A stretch of DNA of 64,000 nucleotides from Asaia bogorensis (GTDB lineage: Bacteria; Pseudomonadota; Alphaproteobacteria; Acetobacterales; Acetobacteraceae). A program made the position numbers and the translations under genes. The DNA lies in assembly GCA_945897825.1 (NCBI GenBank), contig CAMDGX010000011.1, positions 5,715-69,714 on the forward strand, read 5' to 3'. The notes under the pieces are model-generated. The model ran no database searches, was not told the origin of the DNA, and saw only the letters and a list, made by a program, of their open reading frames with translations. Shown here piece after piece: positions 47,978 to 58,427 of this stretch. Every line of letters starts with the position of its first letter. Positions within the stretch are counted from its first letter, which is position 1.

Positions 47978-48147
47978 CTGTGTGGATGGTATATGGATGG
48001 CTCCAGCCAGGTTGCAACCCTCTTGCCGCCCGGACAGATGGGCTGCAATCAAGCGGCCGGCCCCTCCCTGGACCTCACTTCCAGGAAGGAACCGGGTGTC
48101 CGCATGCCCCCGGCCTTGCCGTCTTCAGGCCCGGTCCCCGCGCCCGC

Positions 48148-49314
48148 CTACCCGGCGAACGCCCGCGCCACCGCCAGCAGGCTCGCATCCGTCCCCCGCC
48201 CGCCGATGATCGAAAGCCCCACCGGCGCCCCCTCCACGACCGCACCCGGCAGGTTCACCTGCGGCACCCCGCTATGCCCGGCAATGCAGGTCAGCGCCGA
48301 GATCCGCTCCCGCGGCATCGCGAGGTCCGACACCGCGAGTCCCCGCTTCGGCGCGGGAAACGGCGTGGTCGGCAGGCAAAGAATCGTCCCCGGCGGCAAC
48401 AGATGGGCCATCCGCGCCGTCACCTCGCGCCGCGTGATCGCCGCAAAGCTGCGCTCAGCCTCGCTCCACGCCGCCCCGGCCACCAACCCGCGCGCCACGC
48501 TCCAGGCCAGGCGCGGATTGTGCCGGTCCAGCCACGGCGCGAAGGTGGCGAACGCCTCGCTCTGCTGCAGAATCCGCTGCGCCCGCAGCCAGCCCGCGAG
48601 CCCCGACGTCGCCACCGTCACATCCCGCCGCGCGCCCAGCAGCGCCGCCAGCCGCTCCACCATCGGCGCCAGCGCCTGGCACACCGCCGCGTCCGCCTGC
48701 CCGAACACGTCCACGCCCACCAGCAGCGTCGTCGGCAACCCCGCCGGCACCGCCTCCCCCAGCAGCTCCTCGCCCACCCGCGCAAACACCGCCGCATCGC
48801 GCGCGAACCACCCGCAGGTATCGCTCGACGGCGACTGCACGCAGATGCCGGAAAAATCGATCCGCCCCAGCGTCGGCCGGATGCCATACAGCCCGGAGAA
48901 GCTCGCCGGCACCCGCACCGACCCGCCGGTATCCGTCCCCAGCGCGAAATCGCAGGCTCCCCCCGCCACCGCCGCCGCCGACCCCGAGGAGGAGCCCCCC
49001 GGCACCCGGTCGGGCGCCGCCGGATTGGCAGGCGTCCCGTCATGCGGATTCTCGCCCAGGATGCCCAGCGACACCTCGTCGGTGATCGTCTTGCCAACCA
49101 CCGAGGCGCCCGCGCCCAGCAGCGTCGCCACCACCCAGGCATGGCGCGCCGGCGTCCCGGCATAGGCCGGCCAGTCCGGATTGCCCGCGCCGGTCGGCCA
49201 TCCGGCCACGTCGATCAGATCCTTGACGGCGAAGTCCAACCCCGCCAGCGCCCCCGCTTCCGCCCCGGCGATGCGGCATCGCGGTCCCGCGACGAAGGCA
49301 TTGAGATGGTCCAT
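48148..49314 (-). CDS. amidase family protein
   Basis: Amidase signature GGSSSGSAAAVAGGACDFALGTDTGGSVRVPA. Start at MDHLNAF. Confidence 0.85.
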   Translation of the reverse strand: MDHLNAFVAGPRCRIAGAEAGALAGLDFAVKDLIDVAGWPTGAGNPDWPAYAGTPARHAWVVATLLGAGASVVGKTITDEVSLGILGENPHDGTPANPAAPDRVPGGSSSGSAAAVAGGACDFALGTDTGGSVRVPASFSGLYGIRPTLGRIDFSGICVQSPSSDTCGWFARDAAVFARVGEELLGEAVPAGLPTTLLVGVDVFGQADAAVCQALAPMVERLAALLGARRDVTVATSGLAGWLRAQRILQQSEAFATFAPWLDRHNPRLAWSVARGLVAGAAWSEAERSFAAITRREVTARMAHLLPPGTILCLPTTPFPAPKRGLAVSDLAMPRERISALTCIAGHSGVPQVNLPGAVVEGAPVGLSIIGGRGTDASLLAVARAFAG

Positions 49315-49389
49315 GTCCGGCTCCCGCAGCACCGCGCAAGCATGCTGCACCGCCCAGCAACGCTCAACCCCGCCGGCTCAGGCCCCCAC

Positions 49390-50127
49390 TCAGGCCGACG
49401 CCCGCATCTCCCGAGCCGCCCGCATCGCCACGGGCGCACCCCACGCCAGGTTAAGCCGATATCCCGCCTCCTCGCTCAACAGCAGGCGCCGACGCCCCGG
49501 CTCCGGCTCGATCTTGCGGCGCAGGCGATAGATATGCGTTTCCACCGTATGGGTCGTGACCCCCGCCCGGTAGCCCCACACCTCGTGCAGCAGCACGGGC
49601 CGCGCCACCGGCCGGCCACCGGCGGCATGCAGGAAACGCAGGATCGCCGCCTCGGTCACCGTCAGCCTGATGCAGGCCCCACCCTCGGCCAGCTCCAGCT
49701 CGCGCCGGTCCGGCCGGAACAGGTAGGGGCCCATCTCCAACGCCGCCCCCGGCCGCGCGCCGTGCTGGCGCAGCTGGGCCCGCAACCGCGCCGCCAGCTC
49801 CAGCGCCCGCACCGGCCGCGCCAACCCGTCATTGGCGCCGGCGTTCAGGCAATGCACCACATCCTCGCCGCCGCCATGCAGCACCAGGATCGGCAGGCCC
49901 GCCCCCCCGCGCCGGATCGCCGCGCACAAGGCCGCCCCGTTCAGCCCGCCAGGACCGGCATCCAGAACCAGCGCGTCGAACGCCGCCAGCCCGGCACCCG
50001 GCAACGTCCGCACCGCCATCGGCCCATCCACTTGCGTGGCCTCGAACCCGCTATCGGCCAGATGCCGGGCCAGCGCCATGCGCTCGCCCAGCTCGGCCAC
50101 CGCCAACAGGATCCGCCGTGCGCCCAT
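49390..50127 (-). CDS. OmpR/PhoB-type response regulator with degenerate receiver
   Basis: Winged-helix output domain (LTVTEAAILRFL ... THTVETHIYRLRRKIE). The receiver keeps the putative phospho-Asp (LVLD) but lacks the acidic pair, the Thr and the Lys. Confidence 0.8.
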   Translation of the reverse strand: MGARRILLAVAELGERMALARHLADSGFEATQVDGPMAVRTLPGAGLAAFDALVLDAGPGGLNGAALCAAIRRGGAGLPILVLHGGGEDVVHCLNAGANDGLARPVRALELAARLRAQLRQHGARPGAALEMGPYLFRPDRRELELAEGGACIRLTVTEAAILRFLHAAGGRPVARPVLLHEVWGYRAGVTTHTVETHIYRLRRKIEPEPGRRRLLLSEEAGYRLNLAWGAPVAMRAAREMRASA

Positions 50128-50167
50128 CAGTGCCCCCTCGTCATCGCGCGGAACCCGCGTCTCATGG

Positions 50168-51226
50168 TCACGCTACGGGCGCCGCCTGCGCATTGGATGC
50201 ACACGGCGCAGACATCGCGTCGCGTTCCGCCAGGATCACCTGGTTCCGCCCGCCCCGCTTGGCGCCATACAGCGCCTGGTCGGCCCGCTCCACCCAGTCG
50301 GACAGGCGCTCGCCCGGCTCATAAACCGCGACGCCCCCCGAGATCGTCACGCTGCCGATCGACGTGCCGGACCCGCGCGTGACGATCTCCCGTCCCTCGA
50401 AGCTGCGCCGCACCCGCTCGGCCACCGTCAGCGCCGTCTCCGGCGGGGTCGCCACCATGATCAGCGCGAACTCCTCGCCGCCATAGCGCGCCACGAAATC
50501 ATCCGGCCGCGTGTTCGCCGTCAACGTCCCGGCCACCAGCCGCAGCACCTGGTCGCCGGTCTGGTGGCCCCAGGTGTCGTTGACGCGCTTGAAGTGGTCG
50601 ATATCCATCAGCACCAGGGTCAGCGGTTCGCCGGAATTCATCGCCTCCCCGGCAACCTCGCGCAACCGCGAGTCGAAACTGCGGCGATTGTTGAGCTTCG
50701 TCAGCCCATCGGTGGCGGCATCCTGGCGCAGATCGTCCAGCGAGCGCTCGAGCAGGGTGATGCGCTCCGCGGCACCCGCCAGATGCTGGCCGATCACCTC
50801 GCTGCGCTCCGCCATCGCCCGCGCCTCCTCGCGCAGCCGCTGGATCAGCACGGGCAGCGTCGTGGTGCCCGCGGCAAAGGCGCTGGACGTGTCGCGCACC
50901 ACCTCGCCGAAGTTCCGCGCCCCCGACCCGGCATCCCCGACCACGGCCCCCACCTCCTGCAGCAACCCCTGCATCCGCTCCGATGCCGCCTGCAGCGCGT
51001 CGCGCTCGCGCGTGTGCGAGAAGAACTTGCGATGCACCGCCGCCATCGTCTGGTCGTCGCACCGCCCGGGCTTGCTCATCAGCAGGTCGATCAGGTGGCG
51101 CAACTCGGGGTTGAGGCCACTGTGGTATTCATACCAGATCGCGAAGTTGTCCGGCGTCGGGGTGATCCCGAGCTGGACAACCGAGTCAAAGGCGGCGCGC
51201 CCGCACTCGGCCGGTTCATGTCGCAC
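50168..51226 (-). CDS. diguanylate cyclase (GGDEF domain)
   Basis: GGEEF active site with an RPDD I-site 5 aa upstream. GTG start proposed at 51226, because the ATG at 51388 would overlap tRNA-Thr. Confidence 0.8.
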   Translation of the reverse strand: MRHEPAECGRAAFDSVVQLGITPTPDNFAIWYEYHSGLNPELRHLIDLLMSKPGRCDDQTMAAVHRKFFSHTRERDALQAASERMQGLLQEVGAVVGDAGSGARNFGEVVRDTSSAFAAGTTTLPVLIQRLREEARAMAERSEVIGQHLAGAAERITLLERSLDDLRQDAATDGLTKLNNRRSFDSRLREVAGEAMNSGEPLTLVLMDIDHFKRVNDTWGHQTGDQVLRLVAGTLTANTRPDDFVARYGGEEFALIMVATPPETALTVAERVRRSFEGREIVTRGSGTSIGSVTISGGVAVYEPGERLSDWVERADQALYGAKRGGRNQVILAERDAMSAPCASNAQAAPVA

Positions 51227-51377
51227 GATTCGTTGTCCTGTCGCTGCTGACGTCAGGAAGAATGGCCCGGAGAACCCTTCCAGGCAGTAAACGCGACCGC
51301 GATTCCGTACGTAACGTGACAGATATCCCCGCCCCCGGAAGGGCCTGCCGCCATCGTGCCGAGAGGGGAGGAGGAAA

Positions 51378-51452
<75 letters not shown>

Positions 51453-51587
51453 GCCGTGGGCGCGCATCGATACCCGGCGCCTAGGAGGGGCTGATTAGCC
51501 GCACGCCCTGCGCCGTGCAACCCCCCAAGCGACCGCACGTCGGCATTGCTGCTTGACGATCGGCAAGGGGCTGCCCATTCCAGGCAC

Positions 51588-51794
51588 ATGGAGCGACCGC
51601 CCCCCCGCCCGAGCCTGACCGACCGCGCCCTGGCCGAGAAACAGGCCCGCGAGGCGCGCGAGGCCGCGGCCCTGCGCGCCAATCTCCTGCGCCGCAAGCA
51701 GCAGCAGCGCGCCCGCGCCACCGCACCGGCGCCCGACGACAGCCAGCCTGCCACGCCGCCACGCCCGCCAGCGGAGCCAAAGGCGGACCGTTAG
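51588..51794 (+). CDS. small basic hypothetical protein
   Basis: MERPPPRPSLTDRALAEKQAREAREAAALRANLLRRKQQQRA. Short and low-complexity, so weak support. Confidence 0.35.
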   Translation: MERPPPRPSLTDRALAEKQAREAREAAALRANLLRRKQQQRARATAPAPDDSQPATPPRPPAEPKADR

Positions 51795-51879
51795 CGGTTT
51801 CTTCAGTGATCGCGCAATTAAACTGCCCGGCCATTGAACCAGGCCTCCATGTCGTACCCCCCAACCATATCCGGCGCTC

Positions 51880-52692
51880 ATGTCTGCGGCGGGTAGCCTG
51901 GGTCCGCGCCAGCAGCTCCTGATGGGGGTCGCCCAGGCGATTCGCGTCCTGGCCGAGCGGCTCGCCCCCCAGACCGACGCGATGCAGGACGTCTACGACT
52001 TCGTCGTCCGGGCGGAGGAGATGGCCGAGGAGGCATGGCGCCTCGGCGCCGCCCGCGTGCCCGACGCCGCCAAGGCCGCCGCGCTGGCCGCTGCGTTCCA
52101 GACCTTCATCGCCGAGGCGGCCGAACTCTCCAGTCGTGCCGCGCAGGAGGCGGCCTCCAGCCGCGAACTCTCCGGCACCATGGCAAACCACGCCGGCGCG
52201 CTGGCCGAGATGGCCACGGGCCCCGGCGCCCACGACATCGCAACCCTGCGCGCCGGGCTGCGGCCCGTGATGGTCACGCTGGAGGCGTTGCCCGGCCGGC
52301 TGGCCGCGGGCGGCAGCCTGGCTGCCGACGTCGCTGAACTCGGCTCGCGCGCGGCCGAACTGGGCGCGCAGGCAATGGCGGTCCAGCAGCACAAGGTCTC
52401 GGCATCCGAGAAGGCGCTCGCGATCTGCCGCAGCCTGCGCACCCTGGCCGAGGAAGCCGGCACCATCGCCGAAACCCTGCGCGCCGACACCGACCGCCTG
52501 CGCCGCACCATCGGCGGCGTGGTCTCGCAGGTTGGCCAGATGAGCGCGGCGGGCGCCCCCGCCGCAAAGCCGGAAGGTGCGGAAGCGCGCCTCGCGCAGG
52601 TCGTCAAGCAGGGAACCGTCGCCGCACGGCCCGCCGCCCCTGCGCCACCGGGGAAGAGCATCGACTGGGGCGCCGGCCGATCGCGGCCGTAG
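51880..52692 (+). CDS. hypothetical Ala-rich, predicted helical protein
   Basis: 270-aa ORF with strong GC3 bias. No motif recognised. Confidence 0.55.
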   Translation: MSAAGSLGPRQQLLMGVAQAIRVLAERLAPQTDAMQDVYDFVVRAEEMAEEAWRLGAARVPDAAKAAALAAAFQTFIAEAAELSSRAAQEAASSRELSGTMANHAGALAEMATGPGAHDIATLRAGLRPVMVTLEALPGRLAAGGSLAADVAELGSRAAELGAQAMAVQQHKVSASEKALAICRSLRTLAEEAGTIAETLRADTDRLRRTIGGVVSQVGQMSAAGAPAAKPEGAEARLAQVVKQGTVAARPAAPAPPGKSIDWGAGRSRP

Positions 52693-52705
52693 CCCCAGGC
52701 GAAGG

Positions 52706-53608
52706 TCAGGCCCCCGCGGTGTTCAGGTACACCGCGTAGAGCGACGTGGTGCCGCAGATGAACAGCCGGTTGCGCTTGGCCCCCCCGAAGCAGCAATTCG
52801 CCACCACCTCCGGGATCCGCACCAGCCCCAGCAGCGTCCCGTCCGGCGCGTAGCACCGCACCCCGTCCCCCGCCGACGTCCACACATTGCCGTGCCGGTC
52901 CACCCGCAACCCGTCGAACAGCCCGACATCGCAGGTGGCGAACACCTCGCCGCCCGACAGCGTGTCGCCATGCACGCGAAACACCCGGATATGGCGGGGA
53001 AACTGCGCCCCGTGCGAAAATCCGGTATCGGCGATGTAGAGCAACGACTCGTCCGGCGAGAACGCCAGCCCGTTCGGCTTGGCGAAATCGGTCCCCACCG
53101 CCGTCACCACCCCCGAGTCGGGCGCGATCCGATACACATGGCAGGCGCCGATCTCGCTGGCCGCCGCATCGCCCTCATAGTCGGAATCGATCCCGTAGCT
53201 CGGGTCGGTGAACCACAGGCTGCCATCCGATTTCTCGACGATGTCGTTGGGCGAGTTCAGCCGCCGCCCCTTGAAGTGGCTCGCCAGCACCGTGCGGCTG
53301 CCGTCATGCTCGGTGCGCACCACCATGCGGCTGCGATGGTGGCATGTCACCAGCCGCCCCTGCCGATCCACCGTGTTGCCGTTCGAATTGTCCGCCGGCT
53401 CGCGGAACACCCCCACCTGCCCGGTCGCCTCGTCCCAGCGCAGCATCCGGTTGTTCGGAATGTCGGACCACACGAGATACCGGTGCGCCGCGAACCACGC
53501 CGGCCCCTCCGCCCAGCGGCACCCGGTATGCAGCTTGTCCACCTGCACATTGCCGAACACGAGCCTGGCGAAGCGCGGGTCATGAACCTCGAAATCGCTG
53601 CTGAGCAT
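52706..53608 (-). CDS. SMP-30/gluconolactonase/LRE family protein
   Basis: EGPAWF ... SNGNTVDRQGRL ... NSPNDIV ... PNGLAFSPDE beta-propeller repeats. Confidence 0.85.
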   Translation of the reverse strand: MLSSDFEVHDPRFARLVFGNVQVDKLHTGCRWAEGPAWFAAHRYLVWSDIPNNRMLRWDEATGQVGVFREPADNSNGNTVDRQGRLVTCHHRSRMVVRTEHDGSRTVLASHFKGRRLNSPNDIVEKSDGSLWFTDPSYGIDSDYEGDAAASEIGACHVYRIAPDSGVVTAVGTDFAKPNGLAFSPDESLLYIADTGFSHGAQFPRHIRVFRVHGDTLSGGEVFATCDVGLFDGLRVDRHGNVWTSAGDGVRCYAPDGTLLGLVRIPEVVANCCFGGAKRNRLFICGTTSLYAVYLNTAGA

Positions 53609-53649
53609 GGCATCTTCCCCCCGGCCCGCAGAGTGGAACGCCTCACGCC

Positions 53650-53661
53650 GCGTTGCAACGC
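53650..53661. promoter_or_regulatory. perfect 12-bp palindrome GCGTTGCAACGC in the divergent SMP-30/P450 intergenic region
   Basis: Read directly. A half-site copy GCGTTGCGC follows at 53676-53684, next to TATATC. Confidence 0.3.
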
Positions 53662-53724
53662 ATGACCGTCGCCGCGCGTTGCGCTATATCCCGAAGCGGA
53701 ACGACACCACCAGGAACCACGGCC

Positions 53725-54972
53725 ATGAACGACGCCCCGCTCGCCACCGGCCCGATCGACCCCTACGCCCTGCCGCTCGACCAGCTGAACCCGGCCCGCC
53801 CGGACATGTTCGCCGCCGACGCGCACTGGGGCTTCTTCGAGCGCCTGCGCCGCGAGGATCCCGTCCACTACACCGCCGAAAGCGAGTTCGGCCCGTACTG
53901 GTCCGTCACCAAGTACAAAGACATCATGGCGGTGGACACCAACCACGCCGTGTACTCCTCCCTCTCCACCCTGGGCGGCATCTCCATCCGCGACCAGCGC
54001 GTCGACTTCCCGCTGCCCATGTTCATCGCCATGGACCCCCCGCGCCACGACGCCCAGCGCCTGGCCGTCTCCCCCATCGTCGCCCCCACCAACCTCGCAA
54101 CCCTCGAGGGCGTGATCCGCGAACGCGCCCAAAACATCCTCGACGCCCTGCCCCGCGGCGAAGCCTTCGACTGGGTGGACCGCGTCAGCATCGAGCTCAC
54201 CACCCAGATGCTCGCCACCCTGTTCGACTTCCCGTTCGAAGAGCGCAGAAAACTCACCCGCTGGTCCGACGTCGCCACCGCCGTCCCCGGCTACGGCATC
54301 GTGGACACCGAGGAACAGAAACAGGCCGAGCTTCGCGAATGCCTCGGCTACTTCATGAACCTGTGGAACGAGCGCCTCGGCAAGCCCGGCGGAAACGACC
54401 TCATCCGCATGCTGCAATCCTCGCCCGCCACCCGCGAGATGACGCCGCAGGAATTCCTCGGCAACATCATCCTGCTGATCGTCGGCGGCAACGACACCAC
54501 CCGCAACTCCCTCACCGGCGGCCTCTACGCCTTCAGCAAGTTCCCCGCCGAATGGCAGAAGCTGAAGGCCAACCCCGCCCTGCTCGACAGCGCCGTGCCC
54601 GAGATCATCCGCTGGCAAACCCCGCTCGCCCACATGCGCCGCACCGCCGTCGCCGACGCCGAGCTCGGCGGCAAGCAGATCAAAAAGGGCGACAAGGTCA
54701 TCATGTGGTACGTCTCGGGCAACCGCGACGAGGAAATGATCGAAAACCCGATGGCCCTCGTCATCGACCGCAAGCGCCCCCGCCAGCACCTCTCCTTCGG
54801 CTTCGGCATCCACCGCTGCGTCGGCAACCGCCTCGCCGAAATGCAGCTGCGCATCGTCTGGGAGGAAATCCTGAAGCGGAATTTCGAGATCGAGGTGCTG
54901 GAGGAACCCAGCCGCATCCACTCCACCTTCATCAAGGGCTACGGCACGCTGCCGGTGAAAATCGCCGCCTAA
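53725..54972 (+). CDS. cytochrome P450
   Basis: Heme-thiolate loop FGFGIHRCVGNRLA, I-helix LLIVGGNDTTRN, EIIRW (ExxR). Confidence 0.9.
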   Translation: MNDAPLATGPIDPYALPLDQLNPARPDMFAADAHWGFFERLRREDPVHYTAESEFGPYWSVTKYKDIMAVDTNHAVYSSLSTLGGISIRDQRVDFPLPMFIAMDPPRHDAQRLAVSPIVAPTNLATLEGVIRERAQNILDALPRGEAFDWVDRVSIELTTQMLATLFDFPFEERRKLTRWSDVATAVPGYGIVDTEEQKQAELRECLGYFMNLWNERLGKPGGNDLIRMLQSSPATREMTPQEFLGNIILLIVGGNDTTRNSLTGGLYAFSKFPAEWQKLKANPALLDSAVPEIIRWQTPLAHMRRTAVADAELGGKQIKKGDKVIMWYVSGNRDEEMIENPMALVIDRKRPRQHLSFGFGIHRCVGNRLAEMQLRIVWEEILKRNFEIEVLEEPSRIHSTFIKGYGTLPVKIAA

Positions 54973-55108
54973 AGAAAAGGCCAGGGCTTCGCCCTGGACC
55001 CACCAAGGGCCGGCGGCCCTTGGAACCCCATCACTTAAGGTATGAGGTCCAGGGGCTCGGCCCCTGGTGGGTCTGGGCGGAGCCCAGCCTTCCTTACCTT
55101 CGTCTGAC
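54973..55108. repeat. GC-rich multi-hairpin repeat, inverted pair of ~60-bp units
   Basis: Hairpins CCAGGGCttcGCCCTGG (54981-54997), CCAAGGGCCggcGGCCCTTGG (55003-55023), CCAGGGGCtcgGCCCCTGG (55049-55067) and CTGGGCggaGCCCAG (55073-55087). The left and right halves are reverse complements of each other. Confidence 0.85.
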
Positions 55109-56260
55109 CTAGCCCACCCCCGCCCGCACCACGGCCCCGACCGGCGCCCTCCCACCCTTGCGCCGGTCCAGCCACCGCGCCCACGCCCCCAGCATCGCCG
55201 CCCCGGCCACGGTGAGCGCGAGGTCAACCACCAGGCTCCCCCCGCTCATCGCCAGCCCCACCGTCGCCCCCCAGGCCAGGAACAGCCCAAGGCAGAACAC
55301 CTCCAGGCTGTGCCGCCCGATCACCGCCAGCCACGCCGCCGCCGGACGATGCATCCACCCCGCATCCCGCGGCACGAACCGCGCCACCAGCCACGCCAGC
55401 GCCAGCGCATGCACCAGCGCCGTCACCGGCAAATCCACCTTGCGCGTGATCCAGCCCGGCTCGGCGAACGGCGCCGCCCACAGCCCCAGCTCCGGCGCCG
55501 CCCCATGCAGCGCCAGCCGCGTCGCGAACCCCACCGCCAGCACCCCGACCGCACCCGCCGTCACCACCCGGTCCCACGCCCAAGGCAACGCCAGCGCCCG
55601 CCCGCGCAACAGCGCCCGCCGCCCCAGCCAAGCGCCCCCCAGGAACAGCACCTGCCAGGCCAGCGGATCGAACTCCACCCCGGCAACCCCGATGCCCGAA
55701 ACCTGCACCACCCCGTAAACCACCAGCGGCACCAGGATCGCCCAGTCCCCCACCCGCCCCCACAGCCAGGCAAACCCCGGCAGCAGCAGCATCCCCCAGA
55801 TGAACGTCGGCAGGATCCCCATGAACGCCGGCTGGTGCAGCATCAGCAGGATACCCGGCAACACCTCCAGCGGCGTGGCAAGCACGCGCCCCCACCCCAG
55901 CCGCTCGCTCTCGCCCGGAATCACCATCAGGCACGCCGTCGCCACCATCAGCCCGAACAGCGCGAACACCAGCAGGTGCGTCCGATACAGCCGCCCCGCC
56001 CGCCCCAGCATGTCCCGCGCCGCCACCCCCCAACCGCCCTTCGCCGCCTTCAGCGCAAACACGCTCCCCAGCGTGAACCCGGACAACAGCACGAACAGCT
56101 CCGAACTGTCCGAAAACCCCCAGTTGCTGTGGATCACCCACCCGCCCACCAGCGAGAACCCGATATGCTTGGCGAAGATGGTGAGCTGCAGAACCCCCTT
56201 CACCACATCCAGCCGCTGGTCCCGCCCCGGCTTCACCGGCGCCGCCACCCCCTGCGCCAT
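55109..56260 (-). CDS. OpgC domain-containing acyltransferase-family membrane protein
   Basis: [22 protein letters not shown]-terminus followed by about 10 TM segments. Start at MAQGVAAP. Confidence 0.8.
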   Translation of the reverse strand: MAQGVAAPVKPGRDQRLDVVKGVLQLTIFAKHIGFSLVGGWVIHSNWGFSDSSELFVLLSGFTLGSVFALKAAKGGWGVAARDMLGRAGRLYRTHLLVFALFGLMVATACLMVIPGESERLGWGRVLATPLEVLPGILLMLHQPAFMGILPTFIWGMLLLPGFAWLWGRVGDWAILVPLVVYGVVQVSGIGVAGVEFDPLAWQVLFLGGAWLGRRALLRGRALALPWAWDRVVTAGAVGVLAVGFATRLALHGAAPELGLWAAPFAEPGWITRKVDLPVTALVHALALAWLVARFVPRDAGWMHRPAAAWLAVIGRHSLEVFCLGLFLAWGATVGLAMSGGSLVVDLALTVAGAAMLGAWARWLDRRKGGRAPVGAVVRAGVG

Positions 56261-56359
56261 GCTCAACCCCTCCCCGCAACGAAGCACCCGGGGGTTTGCC
56301 CCGCCCGCGACTCCACGCTAGACCCCGCCCCTCCCGAGTCCCCGCCCCGGAGAACCCCC

Positions 56360-56917
56360 ATGGCCGTCATGTCCGATATCTGGATCCGCCGGATGGCCAC
56401 CGAGCACGGCATGATCGAGCCGTTCGTCGAGACGCAGAAGCGCGAGGGGGTCATCAGCTACGGCCTTTCCAGCTACGGCTACGACGCCCGCGTGGCGGAC
56501 GCCTTCAAGGTCTTCACCAACGTGGACTCGGCAATCGTCGATCCGAAACAGTTCAACCCAAATTCTTTTGTGGACCGCACCGCCCCGGTCTGCGTCATCC
56601 CCCCCAACAGCTTCGCGCTGGCCCACACGGTGGAATATTTCCGCATCCCGCGCGACGTCCTGGTCGTCTGCCTCGGCAAATCCACCTACGCCCGCTGCGG
56701 CATCATCGTGAACGTCACCCCGCTCGAACCCGAGTGGGAAGGCCAGGTCACCATCGAGATCAGCAACACCACCCCCCTCCCGGCCAAGATCTACGCCTTC
56801 GAGGGCATCTGCCAGTTCCTCTTCCTCCAGGGCAACGAGCCCTGCGAAACCAGCTACGCCGACAAGGCCGGGAAATATATGGGCCAACGAGGTGTGGCAC
56901 TTCCCAGGCTCGGTTGA
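56360..56917 (+). CDS. dcd: dCTP deaminase
   Basis: SYGYDARV ... [26 protein letters not shown] ... EISNTTPLP, the classical Dcd sequence. Confidence 0.9.
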   Translation: MAVMSDIWIRRMATEHGMIEPFVETQKREGVISYGLSSYGYDARVADAFKVFTNVDSAIVDPKQFNPNSFVDRTAPVCVIPPNSFALAHTVEYFRIPRDVLVVCLGKSTYARCGIIVNVTPLEPEWEGQVTIEISNTTPLPAKIYAFEGICQFLFLQGNEPCETSYADKAGKYMGQRGVALPRLG

Positions 56918-57044
56918 AGTGTTGTACTAAGAACGCTCGCGCGCCGGGCCGGCCGGTGGCGGCGCGCAAGGCAAAGGCACCTACCGGCCGCCGTCGGCCG
57001 AACCTTCATCGGTCGACATCAAGGGCGGACGGTAAAGCAGGCAC

Positions 57045-58310
57045 ATGGACAAGTTTCGCATCCGCGGCGGCCGCCCCCTCGAAGGCTCCATCACCATCGG
57101 TGGCGCCAAGAACGCAGCACTCCCCCTCATGGCCGCCGGCCTGCTCACCGCCGAGCGCCTGGTCCTCACCAACGTCCCCCTGCTGGACGACATCCGAACC
57201 ATGGGCAGCCTCATCGCCCAGCACGGCGTCGCGGTCGACAAAGCCACCAACGACGGCCGCTCCCTCTCCATCGGCGGCGCCATCACCAACACCGAGGCGC
57301 CCTACGACATCGTCCGCAAGATGCGCGCCTCCTTCCTCGTCCTCGGGCCCCTCCTGGCCCGCGCCGGCGAAGCCCGCGTCTCGCTCCCCGGCGGCTGCGC
57401 CATCGGCGCCCGCCCCGTCGACCTCCACCTCAAGGGCCTGGAGCAGATGGGCGCCGAAATCCGCCTCGACGCCGGCTACGTCGACGCCACCGCCCCCCAT
57501 GGCGGCCTCCACGGCGCCGCCATCGCGCTGCCCTTCCCCAGCGTCGGCGCCACCGAGAACCTGCTGATGGCCGCCACCCTGGCCGACGGCCAAACCATCA
57601 TCGCCAACGCCGCCCGCGAACCCGAAATCGCCAACCTCGCCGACTGCCTGGTCGCCATGGGCGCCCGCATCCAAGGCATCGGCTCCGACACGCTCACCAT
57701 CGAAGGCGTGAAGCACCTGCACGGCGCCACCGTCGCCATCATCCCCGACCGCATCGAAACCGGCTCCTACGCCTGCGCCGCCGCGGTCACCGGCGGCAGC
57801 ATCCACCTCCGCCACGGCCGCATCGACCACCTCGCCGCCCTCATGCGCTCCCTCGCCGAAGCCGGAGTCGACATCACCGAATCCGACGACGGCGTCACCG
57901 TCTCGCGCCGCAACGGCCTGCACGGCATCGATTTCATCACCGAACCCTACCCCGGCTTCCCCACCGACATGCAGGCCCAGCTCATGGCCCTGCTCTGCGT
58001 CGCCGAAGGGGCCAGCATGATCACCGAAAACATCTTCGAAGACCGCTTCATGCACGTCCCCGAACTCAACCGCATGGGCGCGCGCATCAACGTCCACGGC
58101 GCGTCGGCCATCGTCCGCGGCACCACCAGCCTCTCCGGCGCCCCCGTCATGGCCAGCGACCTGCGCGCCAGCTTCGGCCTCATCGTCGCCGGCCTCGCCG
58201 CCCAAGGCGAAACCATCGTCAACCGCGTCTACCACCTCGACCGCGGCTACGAAGCCGCCGAAGAAAAACTCGCCGCCTGCGGGGCAAACATCGAGCGGGT
58301 CGCCGCCTAG
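57045..58310 (+). CDS. murA: UDP-N-acetylglucosamine 1-carboxyvinyltransferase
   Basis: MDKFRIRGG ... [10 protein letters not shown]-type N-terminus ([14 protein letters not shown]), [16 protein letters not shown] active-site Cys, 421 aa. Confidence 0.95.
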   Translation: MDKFRIRGGRPLEGSITIGGAKNAALPLMAAGLLTAERLVLTNVPLLDDIRTMGSLIAQHGVAVDKATNDGRSLSIGGAITNTEAPYDIVRKMRASFLVLGPLLARAGEARVSLPGGCAIGARPVDLHLKGLEQMGAEIRLDAGYVDATAPHGGLHGAAIALPFPSVGATENLLMAATLADGQTIIANAAREPEIANLADCLVAMGARIQGIGSDTLTIEGVKHLHGATVAIIPDRIETGSYACAAAVTGGSIHLRHGRIDHLAALMRSLAEAGVDITESDDGVTVSRRNGLHGIDFITEPYPGFPTDMQAQLMALLCVAEGASMITENIFEDRFMHVPELNRMGARINVHGASAIVRGTTSLSGAPVMASDLRASFGLIVAGLAAQGETIVNRVYHLDRGYEAAEEKLAACGANIERVAA

Positions 58311-58317
58311 CACAGGA

Positions 58318-58379
58318 GGGCAGGGCTCTGCCCTGCACCCGCTGGGGCCTGAGGCCCCAGACCCCCATCCATAAAAATT
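58318..58379. repeat. GC-rich multi-hairpin repeat unit (left terminus)
   Basis: GGGCAGGGCTCTGCCCTGCACCCGCTGGGGCCTGAGGCCCCAGACCCCCATCCATAAAAATT. Same unit family as 54973-55108. Confidence 0.85.
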
Positions 58380-58427
58380 GAAAATATTCCTTTCATCGGC
58401 ACGCGACATGCGGTATATTTTCCCGCA

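Noticed and set aside
43974-50382. Several 650-900-aa ORFs (43974..45947 minus, 44195..46918 plus, 47980..50382 plus).
   Set aside because: Low-complexity Arg/Pro/Gly translations overlapping well-supported genes in other frames. These are GC-content artefacts.
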